Assembly (NCBI GenBank): GCA_964016885.1
Contig: OZ024745.1
Location: forward strand, 108,500,001 to 108,564,000
Direction: 5' to 3'
Source of the DNA: Eledone cirrhosa
Lineage: Eukaryota
Length of the DNA: 64,000 nucleotides
In this document: piece by piece, positions 25,381 through 37,950 of the stretch
Layout: every line of letters begins with the position of its first letter
How positions within the stretch are numbered: the stretch's first letter is position 1
Program-made: the position numbers and the translations under genes
Notes under the pieces: model-generated
The model's input: only the letters and a program-made list of their open reading frames with translations
Told to the model about the DNA's origin: nothing
The model's database searches: none

Positions 25381-25777
25381 GAAGGCGCATGGCTTAGTGG
25401 TTAGAGCATTGGGCTTGAAATAGAAAGGCTGTGAATTCAATTCTCGGACCGGGTGATGTGTTGTTTCCTTGAGCAAGACACTTTATTTCACATTGCTCCA
25501 GTTTACTCAGCTGTAGAAATGAGATGATAGGACTACGGTCCCTATCATTCCACTGTAAAGTGGACGTGTAGGCACCATGGAAAAAAAGCACCCAGCACTC
25601 ACTGTAAATGAGGTTGGTGTTAGGAAGGGTATCCAGCTGTAGAAATCAAGCCAGAATCAGTTCCCGTGTGAGCAAGACAAGGTCAGCCGACCTAACATTG
25701 CCCACAACAGGACAACACGTCTAACCCATGCTAGTGTGGAAGATCGGACGTAAAACGGTGATGATGATGATGATGAT
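25381..25777 (+). mobile_element. SINE family A with chimeric alternative RTE-like tail
   Basis: Family A to ~25666, then switches to the gagcaagac..ggtca..gacct..cattgcc.acaacaggacaa..ctaacccatgc tail also seen at 59840-59945 and 63385-63478. Confidence 0.8.
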
Positions 25778-26730
25778 AAATGAATAATAACAGAATTTCT
25801 AATTTTGGCACAGGGTCAGCAATTTAGAGGAAGGGGAAATTGATTATATCAACCTCATTGAATATTACTTTATTATAGGATAAAGATTCCATAACTCCTT
25901 GTGGAGTCATAGAGGCACCGTCATATGGTGTATCTAGGGCACTTTTAAACCTGGTGGAACCCAACTCCCTCCAGGTCTGATTTCTCCTATAAAGGAAGAA
26001 TCGACCCCAGTACTGGACTGGTACATTTTTTATCAACCTTGAAAAGATGAAAGGTAAAGTTGACCTCGACAGAATTTGAATTCGGAGCACACAATGAGGT
26101 GGGACAAATACTGTAAAAGATTCTAGCTGATGTCTTAATGACTCTGCCAATTTGCCGCCTTTACTTTATTATATTGACCATTAAAGGATGAAAGGCAGAC
26201 TTAATCTCAACAGGGTTTGAACTTGCAACATAAGGAGTTAGAAGAAATACTAGTAAACATTTGAGTAATATTCAAACATTTCTGCCAATCCACAGACCTC
26301 ATGAATTATAACATAATGCAGACCTTTCATGATAAAATAAGACAATCCAGGAGAAATGATACATCACCCATATACAAGTTCTTGGAATATTTAAGCTTCT
26401 CTAAAACATTTAAAATTCAAAAGCTGATTCCTTCCATATAGGAGGTAATTTTGACTTTCCTCATCTCTAGTGCAGTCAAAAAAGTACTTGTAATATACTG
26501 ATTCAACAAAACATGCTTTCACACACAAAATAAATGTCAAACATATATATAAAGTATTAGAGTACCATCTCATAGTTCATCAGTTAAAATCTATACTGGG
26601 ATTTCATGGAGTTTTCAGGCAGAAACTTTATGTTTTATTACTACTTTAGTTCATCTAACTGTCAGGAATAAGTACTAAATCATCAATGAATGTTATTTAA
26701 GATAGAGAAAAATTTAGATTTATCTTTTAA

Positions 26731-27077
26731 CTCTTTAGCATTTAATATTGTATTTTCATGGTAAACACTTTATCTCACATAATATTGAATCCATGAAATT
26801 TTGATATTATTTGATTGGCAGTATCGGTAGAGGGTTGGACGCCATGCTTTGCAGCAAAGAGTTACGGCCCTTTATGGTCTAAGTTCAAATCCCGCCGAGG
26901 TTAACTTTGCCTTTCATCTCTACGGGGTCGATAAATTAAAGTACCAGTAATGTACTGGGATAATTGCTGGCCTTGTGCCAAAAGTAGAAATAATTATTTA
27001 TAAAGTACCAGTTATGCTGTATCCGGCCAGAAGTGAGAGAATTCTGGCTGGATAAAGCGGGTTTAAAGGCTAAAGGG
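26731..27077. mobile_element. piggyBac-like MITE interrupted by a family B SINE (26815-26998, +)
   Basis: TTAA|CTCTTTAGCATTTAA ... TTTAAAGGCTAAAGGG|TTAA. Confidence 0.65.
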
Positions 27078-27532
27078 TTAAACACATGGCATCATGAAAC
27101 TGAAGGAAAACTAAGTCTTTTTTTTTTAAATTCCTTATAGACATTTGAGATAATTACACCTGATTAATTGGTGTTCTATGTAGACTTAGATTTAGATCTT
27201 ATCCACTTCATACTGGATGGGTGGTCAATTGGTCAAGTCATTAGAGCCTTGCAGTATTTGTTTCAGCTTTCTGTGATTTGAGTTCAAATCTTGTCAAAGT
27301 CGATTTTGCACTTCACTCTTTTGGAGTCAATAAAGTAGCAGACAAGGCCAGTAGACTGAAAACATTCTAAGAATATTGGATGATATGCCTTGTGGGATCT
27401 CATCTGGATCTTTGTGTCCTCATTTCAGATTCTGTCTAGAGATTCACATCCAATCAATAGCCAGTGGCTCCCGGTGGAGCAAAACTGTGATCATCTGCTA
27501 CTGAAGTTGAATAATGGTGATGAGTTCACACC

Positions 27533-27750
27533 AGCATTTACATTACTCTATATTTACTATTGTATTTTCATGGTAAATGCTTTACCTCACATAATTATCT
27601 CCTCACATAATATCGAATCTATGAGATTTTGATATTATTTATTTTGAGAACAATGCCTTAACATCAGTATGAGTGGCCAGTGATGGCCGGTTTGAACAGA
27701 AAGAGGTGAGATAATTCTGGTCAGATATGGCTGGTTTAAATGCTAAAGGG
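27533..27750. mobile_element. piggyBac-like MITE, left end eroded
   Basis: Ends TTTAAATGCTAAAGGG|TTAA; interior matches 26740-26812 and the reverse complement of 5668-5735. Confidence 0.6.
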
Positions 27751-28552
27751 TTAAGCTCCTGAAATTTCCCCTTTGACACCTGGGAATGTTATATACATGA
27801 TAGACTGGTTGGTATTCAATCTAAATTTAGATTTAGATTTAGGTTTTGTCCAGTACTTTGTTATTCTTATATTTGATGTAAGATGATATTGAACCTGCTT
27901 AAGCATACATAACAATTATATATATATATATATTTGATCAATGATGCTGTCAGGAGGAATCATAAAGAAAAGATTGATATAACAGCTGGCACTACACTCC
28001 ATGTGTTAAATTACTTATGATTCAGTGATTTATATTTAAAATGTAGAAAAAGATAAATCAACCAAGCCTCACATATGCAGACAAGAATGCATATCCATAC
28101 TTATCCATATGTGTGTATGTAGATATGTGTGTGTGTATGTACATGTGTGTGTATGTGTATGTGTGGGAACATATATGTATATATTTATCATCGTTAGTTT
28201 TATTTTCATATTTTCAAGCTGACATGTGTTAGATGAGACTTTGTGAGACAAACTTATATGGCTGGATGCCCTTCCTAGTTTTTTACATGAGATACGGATC
28301 TATGCATGACTAACCACTGAGTAGTGGGATCTCTGTTTAGACAGGATGTAAACAAATATCACCATTTACGATATTGAATAAAAAGAGAATAGGAGAGAAG
28401 AGACAAACAAACAGCAGAGACATACACACACATCTATACATCTACACATATACAAACATATTTCCATGTAAGCGTGGAAGTTAAACGATGATGATGATTT
28501 ATGCATCTATACATATATATACATATATATACATGTATATACATATATATAT

Positions 28553-28861
28553 ATATTAAAATATAAGTATTAATAAAATAGATGTTCTTTTGATCAATTA
28601 CATTTTATTATACCTATTTCGGATGTACAACAGTATGTCCTCATCAGACAAAATATAATGATACATGACATACCCTGAGATGTTAAATGGTTAAGATTTA
28701 ATAAAGGTAGTATTAAATCTTAACCATTTAACATCTCAGGGTATGTCATGTATCATTATATTTTGTCTGATGAGGACGTACTGTTGTACATCCGAAATAT
28801 GTATAATAAAATGTAATTGATCAAAAGAACATCTATTTTATTAATACTTATATTTTAATAT
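28553..28861. repeat. 151-bp-arm inverted repeat (28553-28703 / 28711-28861) carrying a hammerhead in each arm
   Basis: Arms reverse-complementary with two visible mismatches; 7-nt spacer AAGGTAG; embedded in TA-rich microsatellite. Confidence 0.9.
28755..28817 (+). ncRNA. Minimal type I hammerhead ribozyme (family 3)
   Basis: Stem I ATTATATTTTGT/ATAAAATGTAAT (12 bp, 2 GU), CTGATGA 28767-28773, stem II GGA.GTAC/GTAC.TCC, GAAA 28794-28797, very short stem III, AUA triplet; mirror copy on - at ~28597-28659. Confidence 0.7.
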
Positions 28862-29292
28862 TAATAACTCCTGAAAATTATTTTGCCGTTGAGTGCTTCC
28901 AATCTACTGTAAAACTCATTCTTTGACATAATCATCGAATATTGTTTAACAACTTAATACATATATATATATATATTTATATATATATATATTTATATAT
29001 ATATATATTTATATATATATATATTTATATATATATATAAGCAAGTATTTCAGTGAGGAAGGAAATTAGGAATTTATTTGCTTTAACATATGTTTCTGTG
29101 TCTATTATAATTGTCTACATATGCTGACTACAATATATATTGTTCAATCATATGCAATACTTAATTATTTATCACACTTCTTCAGAAAGCTTATAATTAT
29201 TTGTGGAAGTGACTATCCACCATGCGGTAGAATTCAGGAATGTGAAGTTCAGTATAAAAATGGTATTTTCATAAACATATATATATTACAGT

Positions 29293-29650
29293 CAGTAGGC
29301 ACCTCTAACAAAATACACCCCCGTCCCACTACCCCCAACCCATCCACACCACCCCTTTCAATGTAAAGTTATGTTGGTACCACAACATCCAGCCCGAAAC
29401 AAATGAGGTCGTGTAGGTGTCACGACAAAAAAACACACAGTCCACGCTGTAATGTGGCCGTGTAGGTAACACGGTAAAAACCTCCCAGTTCCACACTGTA
29501 AATGTGGTTTGTGTTAGGAAGGGCATCCAGCCGTAGAAAACCCGCCAGACAGTCCTGAGCAAGACAACCAATCTTGCCTCAAGTGGGAAAACTCCCGTCC
29601 AAACCCATGCAAGCGTGGAATATGGACGTTAAACGATGATGATGATGATA
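29293..29650 (+). mobile_element. Retroposon 3' segment with RTE-like tail
   Basis: Inverted counterpart of 22590-22965. Confidence 0.7.
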
Positions 29651-30090
29651 TATATATATATCTATATGTATATATATATACACACACACACCTATATATA
29701 TAATATTGGGTGTGAATCAAAGTTGTAGCCGCCATATAGCAGCCACTAATCAAGTTGTTTGAGGCAATCACAAAGCACTCAATGGATCGAGAAGCTAAAC
29801 ATTATTGTCCAGAGTAAAACACAACAGTGATAAGGTGTGACACCAAGAATAACTACCAAATGCAGTGACTATATCACAATACTGATAAGTACAAAAAGGT
29901 TGGAGACTAAACTGGACCATCTCGAGTCGATTAGAATCGATAGAAATCGATTTTTATCGAGATAGAAATCGATAAAAATCTTCAATAGGCTTCTGGGATG
30001 TCAAGGAGTTACATCAGAAGTTGCATAATGCATATCCAAATCCTGCGTGTATCTCCATATTTATGTGTATATATATTTATATTTATGTAT

Positions 30091-30437
30091 GGAGGCATAT
30101 GGCTTAGTGGTTAGAGCATTGGCCTTGCAATCGAAAGGTTGTGAGTTCAAATCTCAGACCGGGTGATGTGTTGTTTCCTTGAGCAAGACACTTTATTTCA
30201 CATTGCTCCAGTTTACTCAGCTGTAGAAATGAGATGATAGGGACTGGGGTCCCTATCATTCCACTGTAAAGTGGTCATGGAGGTGCCACGCAAAAAAGCA
30301 CCCAGCACTCACTGTAAATGAGGTAGGTGTTAGGAAGGGCATCCAGCTGTAGAAATCAAGCCAGAATCAGTTCCCGTCCCATCCTTGCAAGCAGGGAGAA
30401 GCGGACGTAAAATGAAATGAAAATGAAAATGAAATGA
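30091..30437 (+). mobile_element. SINE family A
   Basis: Full-length unit. Confidence 0.9.
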
Positions 30438-31374
30438 TATATTTATGTATTAGGGAAATAAGAAAACAGTACAAAATGCTAATAGAATTTTATCATAGAA
30501 AAATAGAAAAGTATTTTTTAAAAAACAATTTTTAGTACCGGTTTCAGTCGATAAAAATTTTGACTTCTTCATACTAGAAAAAATATATATATGATAAAAA
30601 ATATATAATAAAGTTAAGGTGTATATTAATTAGAAGAGGGTATTAGAAAACATTGTTTACATATATATAAATTCACATTTTCATTTCTCTCTCTCTCTTT
30701 CTCTCTCTTTTTCTCTCTCTTCCTTGGTAATGTGGTGGTAGTAGCAGCGAAAATAGTAGGAGTTGTATATTTATGTATATATATATATATTTATGTCAAC
30801 TTATGAACTGGACTTGATCTTTACTCTTTAAACCCTGCTTACTGGTGATCGAACTTTGTGGAGAAAAATATCTCATGTTGATGCGCAGTCTGCAATTGGT
30901 GGAGTTTAGCGCCACAAGAGATATTTATGTATGCAAAAAATAAACAAAAACAGCAATGCAAATGACAACACAGTAGAATGGAGATGGGAGATTCAGTGTG
31001 ATGCAGTGTGTGAATTACAGGTACAAAGTATTTTTTTTCCAGGTGAGTAGACTGGAGTAATATGAAAGAAAGTGTCTTAATCAAGGACACAACGTTCCAC
31101 TAGGAATCGAACTCACAACATTATGATGATGAGCCAAACACTCTAACTACTAGACCACATACCTTTACACACACACATACATACAGTAAATTCTCAGCTG
31201 TTGTTTTTTTAAACTAAATATTGTTTGACTATAATGTGTCAATACAAATTGAGTCACAACACCAAAGCAGGCTCAGTGGAAGAGGCAGCTCTTTCACTTG
31301 ATTATCATTGGTTACTGAACAAATTCTAACTGAATTAATCCAGCAAATGGATTACTTCAGATCAATGATACTTA

Positions 31375-32256
31375 GTGTAGTAGTGGTAGTGGTGGTGGTG
31401 GTAGTGGTGGTGGTGGTGGTGGTGGTGGTGGTGATAGTGAAGGTGGTGGTGGTGGTGGTTGTAGTGTTGGTGGTGGTGGTGGTTGTGGTACTACCATTAG
31501 TAGAAGTAGTAGTGGTGGTGGTGGTGGTGGTAATGATAGTGAAGATGGTGGTTGTAGTGTTGGTGGTGATGGTAGTAGTAGTGGTGGTGGTTGTGGTACT
31601 ACCATTAGTAGAAGTAGTGGTGGTGGTGATGGTGGTCGTGGTAATGATAGTGAAGATGGTGGTTGTAGTGTTGGTGGTGATGGTAGTAGTAGTGGTGGTG
31701 GTTGTGGTACTACCATTAGTAGAAGTAGTAGTAGTGGTGGTAGTGGTGGTGGTGATGGTGGTGGTGGTGGTGGTGGTGGTGGTGGTGGTGGTGGTGGCGG
31801 CGGCGGTAGTGATAGTGAAGGTAGTGGTGGTGGTTGTAGTGATAGTGAAGGTGGTGGTGGTGGTTGTAGTGTTGGTGGTGATGGTAGTAGTAGTGGTGGT
31901 GGTGTTGGTGGTTGTGGTACTGCCATTAGTAGAAGTAGTAGTAGTGGTGGTAGTGGCGGTGGTGGTGGTGGTAGTGATAGTGAAGGTGGTGGTTGTAGTG
32001 TTGGTGGTGATGGTAGTAGTAGTGGTGGTGGTGTTGGTGGTTGTGGTACTACCATTAGTAGAAGTAGTAGTAGTGGTGGTAGTGGCGGTGGTGGTGGTGG
32101 TAGTGATAGTGAAGGTGGTGGTTGTAGTGTTGGTGGTGATGGTAGTAGTAGTGGTGGTTGTAGTAGTTGGTGGTTGTGGTACTGCCATTAGTAGAAGTAG
32201 TAGTAGTGGTGGTAGTGGTGGTGGTGGTGCTGCTGCTCGTAGTAGTAGTGGTCGAT

Positions 32257-32312
<56 letters not shown>

Positions 32313-32365
32313 GGAAGTGGTAGTAGTGGTAATAGTAGTAGAAGTAGTAACAGTAGTAGTAGTAA
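31375..32365. repeat. Compound (GTG)n/(GTA)n repeat with higher-order ~110-130 bp units
   Basis: Landmarks gtggtact.ccattagtagaag (6 times) and gatagtgaag recur periodically. Confidence 0.9.
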
Positions 32366-32537
32366 GAGAAGGGTGGTGGGAGGAGAAAAGCAAGCAAATG
32401 GAGGTTATATGGGTGCTAGTATTGGAATGGTTGGTTGGTGGTGGTGGTATTGTGGTAGTATTGATGGTAGAAATATAACAGCCAGGTGGCTGTATCTCTA
32501 GACTCTCTCAAAATGTTTAGTTTAAACGATGTCAAAT

Positions 32538-32997
32538 AATAATTGTTTCTACTTTAGGCACAAGGCCAGCAATTAACCCAGTACATTACTGGTACTTTAT
32601 TTTATCGACCCCCGTAAGGATGAAAGGCTAGGTTAACCTGGGCGGGATTTGAACCCAGAACGTAAAGGGCCATAACTCTATGCTGTAAAGCGCAGTAACT
32701 CTATGCGTCAAAGCATGGCGTCCGACCCTCTACCGACCTCTATAATGATGGTTTCTTATTTAGGCACAAGGCCAGCAATTTTGGGGGGAGGGAAAAGTTG
32801 ATGAAATTGACCCCAGTGCGTGACTGGTATTTTATTTTATCGACCCCGTAAGGATGAAAGGCAAAGTTAACCTCGGCGGGATTTTGAACTCAGATCATAA
32901 AGAGCCATAACTCTATGCGGCAAAGTATGGCGTCCGACCCTCTACCGACCTCTATAATAATTGTTTCTACTTTTGGCACAAGGCCAGCAATTACCCA
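32538..32997 (-). mobile_element. Tandem cluster of SINE family B
   Basis: Two near-full copies plus a tail fragment. Confidence 0.8.
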
Positions 32998-33400
32998 GGT
33001 AGGTGATGGTGGTGGTGGTGATGGTGGTGGTGGTGGTGTGGGGTAGGTGATGGTGGTGTGAGGTAGGTGATGGTGGTGTGGGGTAGGTGATGGTGGTGTG
33101 GCGTAAGTAATGGTGGTGTGGGGTAGGTGATGGTGGTGTGGGGTAAGTAATGGTGGTGGTGGTGATGGTGGTGTGAGGTAAGTAATGGTGGTGGTGGTAA
33201 TGGTGGTGTGGGCTAGGTGATGGGGTGTGAGGTAGGTAATGGTGGTGTGAGGTAGGCGATGGTGGTGTGGGGGTAAGTAAAGGTGGTGGTGGTGGTGGTG
33301 TGAGGTAGGTAAAGTGGTGGAGGTGGTGTGGGAGTAGGTAAAGGTGGTGTGAGGTAGGTAATGGAGGTGATGGTGGTGATAGTGTTGTGAGGTAATGTGT
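32998..33400. repeat. ~20-bp G-rich minisatellite (GGTAGGTGATGGTGGTGTGG-like)
   Basis: Direct reading. Confidence 0.85.
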
Positions 33401-34049
33401 CATAGTGAAGGCGTGTGGCTTAGTGGTAAGGGTATTAGACCTACAATCATAATGTTGTGGGTTCAATTCCTGGGCTGGGCCGGGTTGTGTGCTGTGTTCT
33501 TCAGCAAAAACACTTTCATTTCACATTGCTCCAGTATACTCAACTATATATGAGTACCAGCAACAGCTGAGGGTTTAACCCTGCAATGGACTGCCATCCT
33601 GTCCAGAGGGAAGTCTTGTACACTCAGTCACTTCATGCCATGAAACCAGGATAAGCACCGCCCTAATGAGACTACAGACTTAAGACAGACTTTAGATTAG
33701 AGATCTTAAGGATGAAAGACAAAGCTAACCTTGTAGGAATTTGAACTCAGAATGTAAAGGGCCAAACAAATGCTGCTAAGCATTTGTCCGATTGTTTAAC
33801 AATTCTGTCAATCTACTGTCCTTAACAATTATAATAGTTTCTACTTTTGGCACATTACTGGTGCTTTATTTTATCGACCTGTGAAGATGAAAGGCAAAGT
33901 TAACCTCGGCAGGATTTGAAACCAGACCATAAAGGGCCGTAACTCTATGCTGCAAAGCATGGCATCTGATTGTCTAGCAATTCTACCTGTTCATTTCAAA
34001 CGTAAGCTGTTGTTGCAATCCAATTTCTGTAATGAATACAATTTCTGTA

Positions 34050-34365
34050 TTGAACACAACCCTAATGAATGCTTTTGATTCTCTTTATTGATTAGAGTCC
34101 CATTGAAGCTAGGTTTGCTATGCACCTTCTCTGTGATACAAGAGATGGGTGTTGTAAATAGATCTGTACTTTCCTGGCCACATTACCAACGACCCCTTCT
34201 AAAGTATCTTGACCAAAACTTTAAACAATGTACCCTGCAAAGTTAAGACCAGAAATTGTTGATAATACCCTTCATATCCATATCTTTTTCTCAGTAGCAT
34301 TATCATTCCCTGGCTCACAGAACTGGGAATTCTTTTGTTCTGCTACCAGATGCAGATTTGCTTCT
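34050..34365 (-). mobile_element. Highly degenerate L1/Tx1-like reverse transcriptase fragment
   Basis: Broken minus-strand frames give QGMIMLLRK, FKVLVKIL and GTLINKENQKAF-like motifs in RT domain 1-3 order. Confidence 0.45.
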
Positions 34366-35889
34366 AGAAATAAACAAAACTGTTAAACGTCTAGTGACTT
34401 GTTAACATTAGCAATAACCTAATCAATAAGTGACACCAATACTTCAGCATCAATAAAACAAATTAGCAAATTAACTTTCAAATATATTAATGAATAATGT
34501 AAAAATAAGCGATAATTTAAACACAAACACGGAAAATTGAAAAAAAAATAATTGCAATTTTTTTTTTATTTTAATTTGTAAAAAAAAAATGAAAAATAAA
34601 TGTTTAAAAATGTACAAATGAAAATAGTAAAAATTAAAATGCAAAATATAAAACAAATATAAAAATGTCCCAAAGTTGTTATAAAATATAACAAAAATAT
34701 AAATATTAAAATATTAAAATGTAAATATTTAAAAATGTAAAAAAAATGTGAAGTCAACTTTATCTCCTACCTCATGAAAAAAAAAACAACAACACAAAAT
34801 AGACCAGAAAACTGCTTAAGTTCTGTTACCATTCTTACATTACAAGAAGTCTTATTGCAGCAGACGACAACATCTCTTAAATAATTTTATGATAAGATGA
34901 AAGATGAACTGGTTGGTTTGTCGACCTTATTGATAAAGAAAAAAAAGTTATCTGGTTCCCTGCTGGGTTAGAACACTAGTTCTCTGGATCTGAGCCTAAT
35001 ATTCCATTAAATTGGTCAATGCCAGATAAGAAGGAATCAATTTCTAAGAATAGGTATTCAAAGTATATCATACACACACATGTGTAGTGTGTGACTTTTT
35101 GAAGAAATATGCTTGTGAAAGCACTCCCCTCCCTAGACATATGAATGGTGTGACATACATAAAAACATATTGTATACAATTGTTATTGAATAAATTATCA
35201 ATATACATATTTTAAAGTAGTTTATGTATACAGACATTCAAATATGAGCTTTACTTCAAACCTAAACTAATTTAGTTATTTAACACCCCCTCATTCACTC
35301 ATTAAATCACTATATGTAATATTTTTCTACAACTAAACTTACAAAGTTTTTATGTCCCAATCTGTTAAATTTGTTAATTTTTATTAACCTTACACAATAT
35401 CATCCATTTTAAAAGATCATTTTCCTGTAGTAACATACTTTTAATAACCTACAATCACCTCCTGTATGTATTGTATACATGGTGCTGTAACTCCTGAGAG
35501 AGTTGTAGGGTCACTGTATCGACATATGGCGTCTCTTGGGCATTTTAAGCTTGGTAGAACCCATCCCTCTCCAGGCCTGAATGCAGCAGATATCTTCCAG
35601 AGAAAGATAGAAAGTGAGAGAGGGTGAGAGAGGAAATGAGAAAGAGATGTAGAAGAAGAATCGGCCCCAGTACTAGACTGGTACTTTTTTTTCTTTTTTA
35701 CCTTGACAGGATGAAAGGCAAAGTTGACCTCGGCGGGATTTGAACTCAGAGAGCAGAGAGTCAGAACAAATTCCATAAAGCATTCTATCCAACGTTCTAA
35801 CAACTCTGCCAATTCACCACTATACAATCACCTCTTACCTATCTTCTATTCATGACATGCAAGTCTTTGGAAATTTAAATGACACTGAT

Positions 35890-36236
35890 GGAGGCACCTG
35901 GCTTAGTGGTTAGAGCATTGGCCTTGCAATCGAAAGGTTGTGAGTTCAATTCTCAGACCGGGTGATGTGTTGTGTCCTTGAGCAAGACACTTTATTTCAC
36001 ATTGCTCCAGTTTACTCAGCTGTAGAAATGAGATGATAGGGACTGGGGTCCCTATCATTCCACTGCAAAGTGGTCGTGGAGGTGCCACGGCAAAAAAGCA
36101 CCCAGCACTCACTGTAAATGTGGTTGGTGTTAGGAAGGGCATCCAGCTGTAGAAATAAAGCCAGCATCAGTTCCCGTCCCACCCTTGCAAGCAGGGAAAA
36201 AGCAGACGTAAATGAAATGATGATGAATGATGATGA
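35890..36236 (+). mobile_element. SINE family A
   Basis: Full-length unit. Confidence 0.9.
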
Positions 36237-37152
36237 TTTATAACTATAAACCAAAAAATAAAATATTTAGTTATCAAAGGTTCTCAGGTGAAGGCATGTG
36301 ACTTAATGGTTAGAGAATTGTGAGGTTGTAAGTTCGATTCCTATGCTGGGTAGTGTGTTATGTCCTTGAGCAAGACACTTTATTTCACACTGCTCTTTCT
36401 GCCAGGAGTTCCACCACACTTGGTTAGTGAATGATGTCTGGGATCTTGGCAATTGATCCCTCCTCCCACCAAGAATCTCACATACACTGATGTATCCCTT
36501 GATGTTTCTACCAACTTCTCTATAATTTATCTTACTAAGTTGTATGCCCCAATCTATTAACTTCATTAAGTTCACATGTTATTATCCTTTAATTTACTTC
36601 AATCGTACTTGTTATAAATGAATAACATTGTTATATTTTCATGATTTTATCTTTTTTATTATTCCATACTACTATATAAGTATATTATCTATGGATTGAC
36701 AGTAATCGGTAGAGCGTAAGACACCATGCTTTTCAGCATAGAGTCATGGCCCTTTACGTTCCGAGTTCAAATCCTGCTGAGGTTAAGTGTGCCTTTCATC
36801 TTTATGGGGTCAATAAAATAAAGCACCAGTAACGCATTAGGGTTGATTGAATCGACTTTACACCCCCCCCCCCCCAAAAAAAAAAAAAATATCGTTGGCC
36901 TTGTGCCAAAAGTAGAAACCATTATCAATTATTAACTCAAGAATTCTTGGGACTTTTTCTTTCCGGGCACTTTTAATTGTCCTCTATAACTGTCACTCTA
37001 ATACATCCTTGATATGGTTATAATAAGCTAATATACCAAATCTTCTTTTTCCTTCACATTACAGGTTCAGGTCACTACACCACTTTAAACTCAACCTGTC
37101 ATCATCATCATCCTCATCATAGATATCTTGTCACAGCTGACTGGTTCCGACA

Positions 37153-37617
37153 ATGCAGTCAGGATATGAAGACAAATTGGAGGCTCAATATGCAATAAAG
37201 TTTTGTGTCAAGCTCGGCAAAAAATACTGCAGAAACCTATGAAGTGGTCAAAACTGCTTACAGACTAACTTTCATGAATTGGGCAATTGTTTTCCACTGA
37301 CACAAGTGGTTCCAGGAGGACAGAGAACAGGTGAGGGACAACGAGAGGTGTGGCAGGGAGAGGGACATCAGGACACCAAAGTTGGTCGACAAAATTTGCA
37401 AATTTCCGTGGAGTAGATAAAAGAGGCTGAGACAAGCGCCCTGGACACCTTCACTTTAGAGGATTACAAGGGGGCCTTCCAGAAGTGGCTGGAGCACTAC
37501 AACAAGTGCATTGAAGTTAGAGGATCTTACTTTGAGGGAGACTAGAATTTTGTATTGATCTGAGTTAAATAAATGTCTCTCTGATAAAAATCTCAAAACC
37601 TCTTGAGTGTACCTCAT
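37153..37617 (+). mobile_element. Internally deleted mariner transposase remnant
   Basis: MQSGYEDKLEAQYAIKFCVKLGK/TAETYEVVKTAY...WFQEDREQVRDNERCGR N-terminal HTH joined at ~37405 to C-terminal AFQKWLEHYNKCIEVRGSYFEGD* (stop 37543-37545); DD34D domain absent. Confidence 0.85.
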
Positions 37618-37713
37618 TTCATCATCATATTTAACTTCTATTTTCCCCACTAGCATGGATTAGATGGGTGGTGCTCCAGTATGGCCAAAGCCCAGAGACT
37701 GGAACAAGTTAAA

Positions 37714-37772
<59 letters not shown>

Positions 37773-37803
37773 TAACAATAAATATGAAGACTAAAATCCC
37801 TAC

Positions 37804-37852
37804 TTTCAGATGATCCCGTTAAGGGTGAAAGCAGCGATTCTTTGCTTAAACT
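37804..37852 (+). ncRNA. Hammerhead-like fold with variant core CAGATGA in a short Naiad-like pLTR fragment
   Basis: TTT-CAGATGA-T-CCC GTTAA GGG-T-GAAA-GCA..TGC-TT-AAA; preceded by an inverted pLTR piece at 37769-37800; (TA)n on both sides. Confidence 0.55.
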
Positions 37853-37862
37853 TTAATCTGTT

Positions 37863-37949
<87 letters not shown>

Positions 37950-37950
<1 letters not shown>

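Noticed and set aside
31308-32501. 397-aa poly-Val ORF and antisense 278-aa mucin-like poly-Thr ORF
   Set aside because: By-products of in-phase GTG/GTA repeats that lack stops in several frames; no signal peptide, domain or splice evidence
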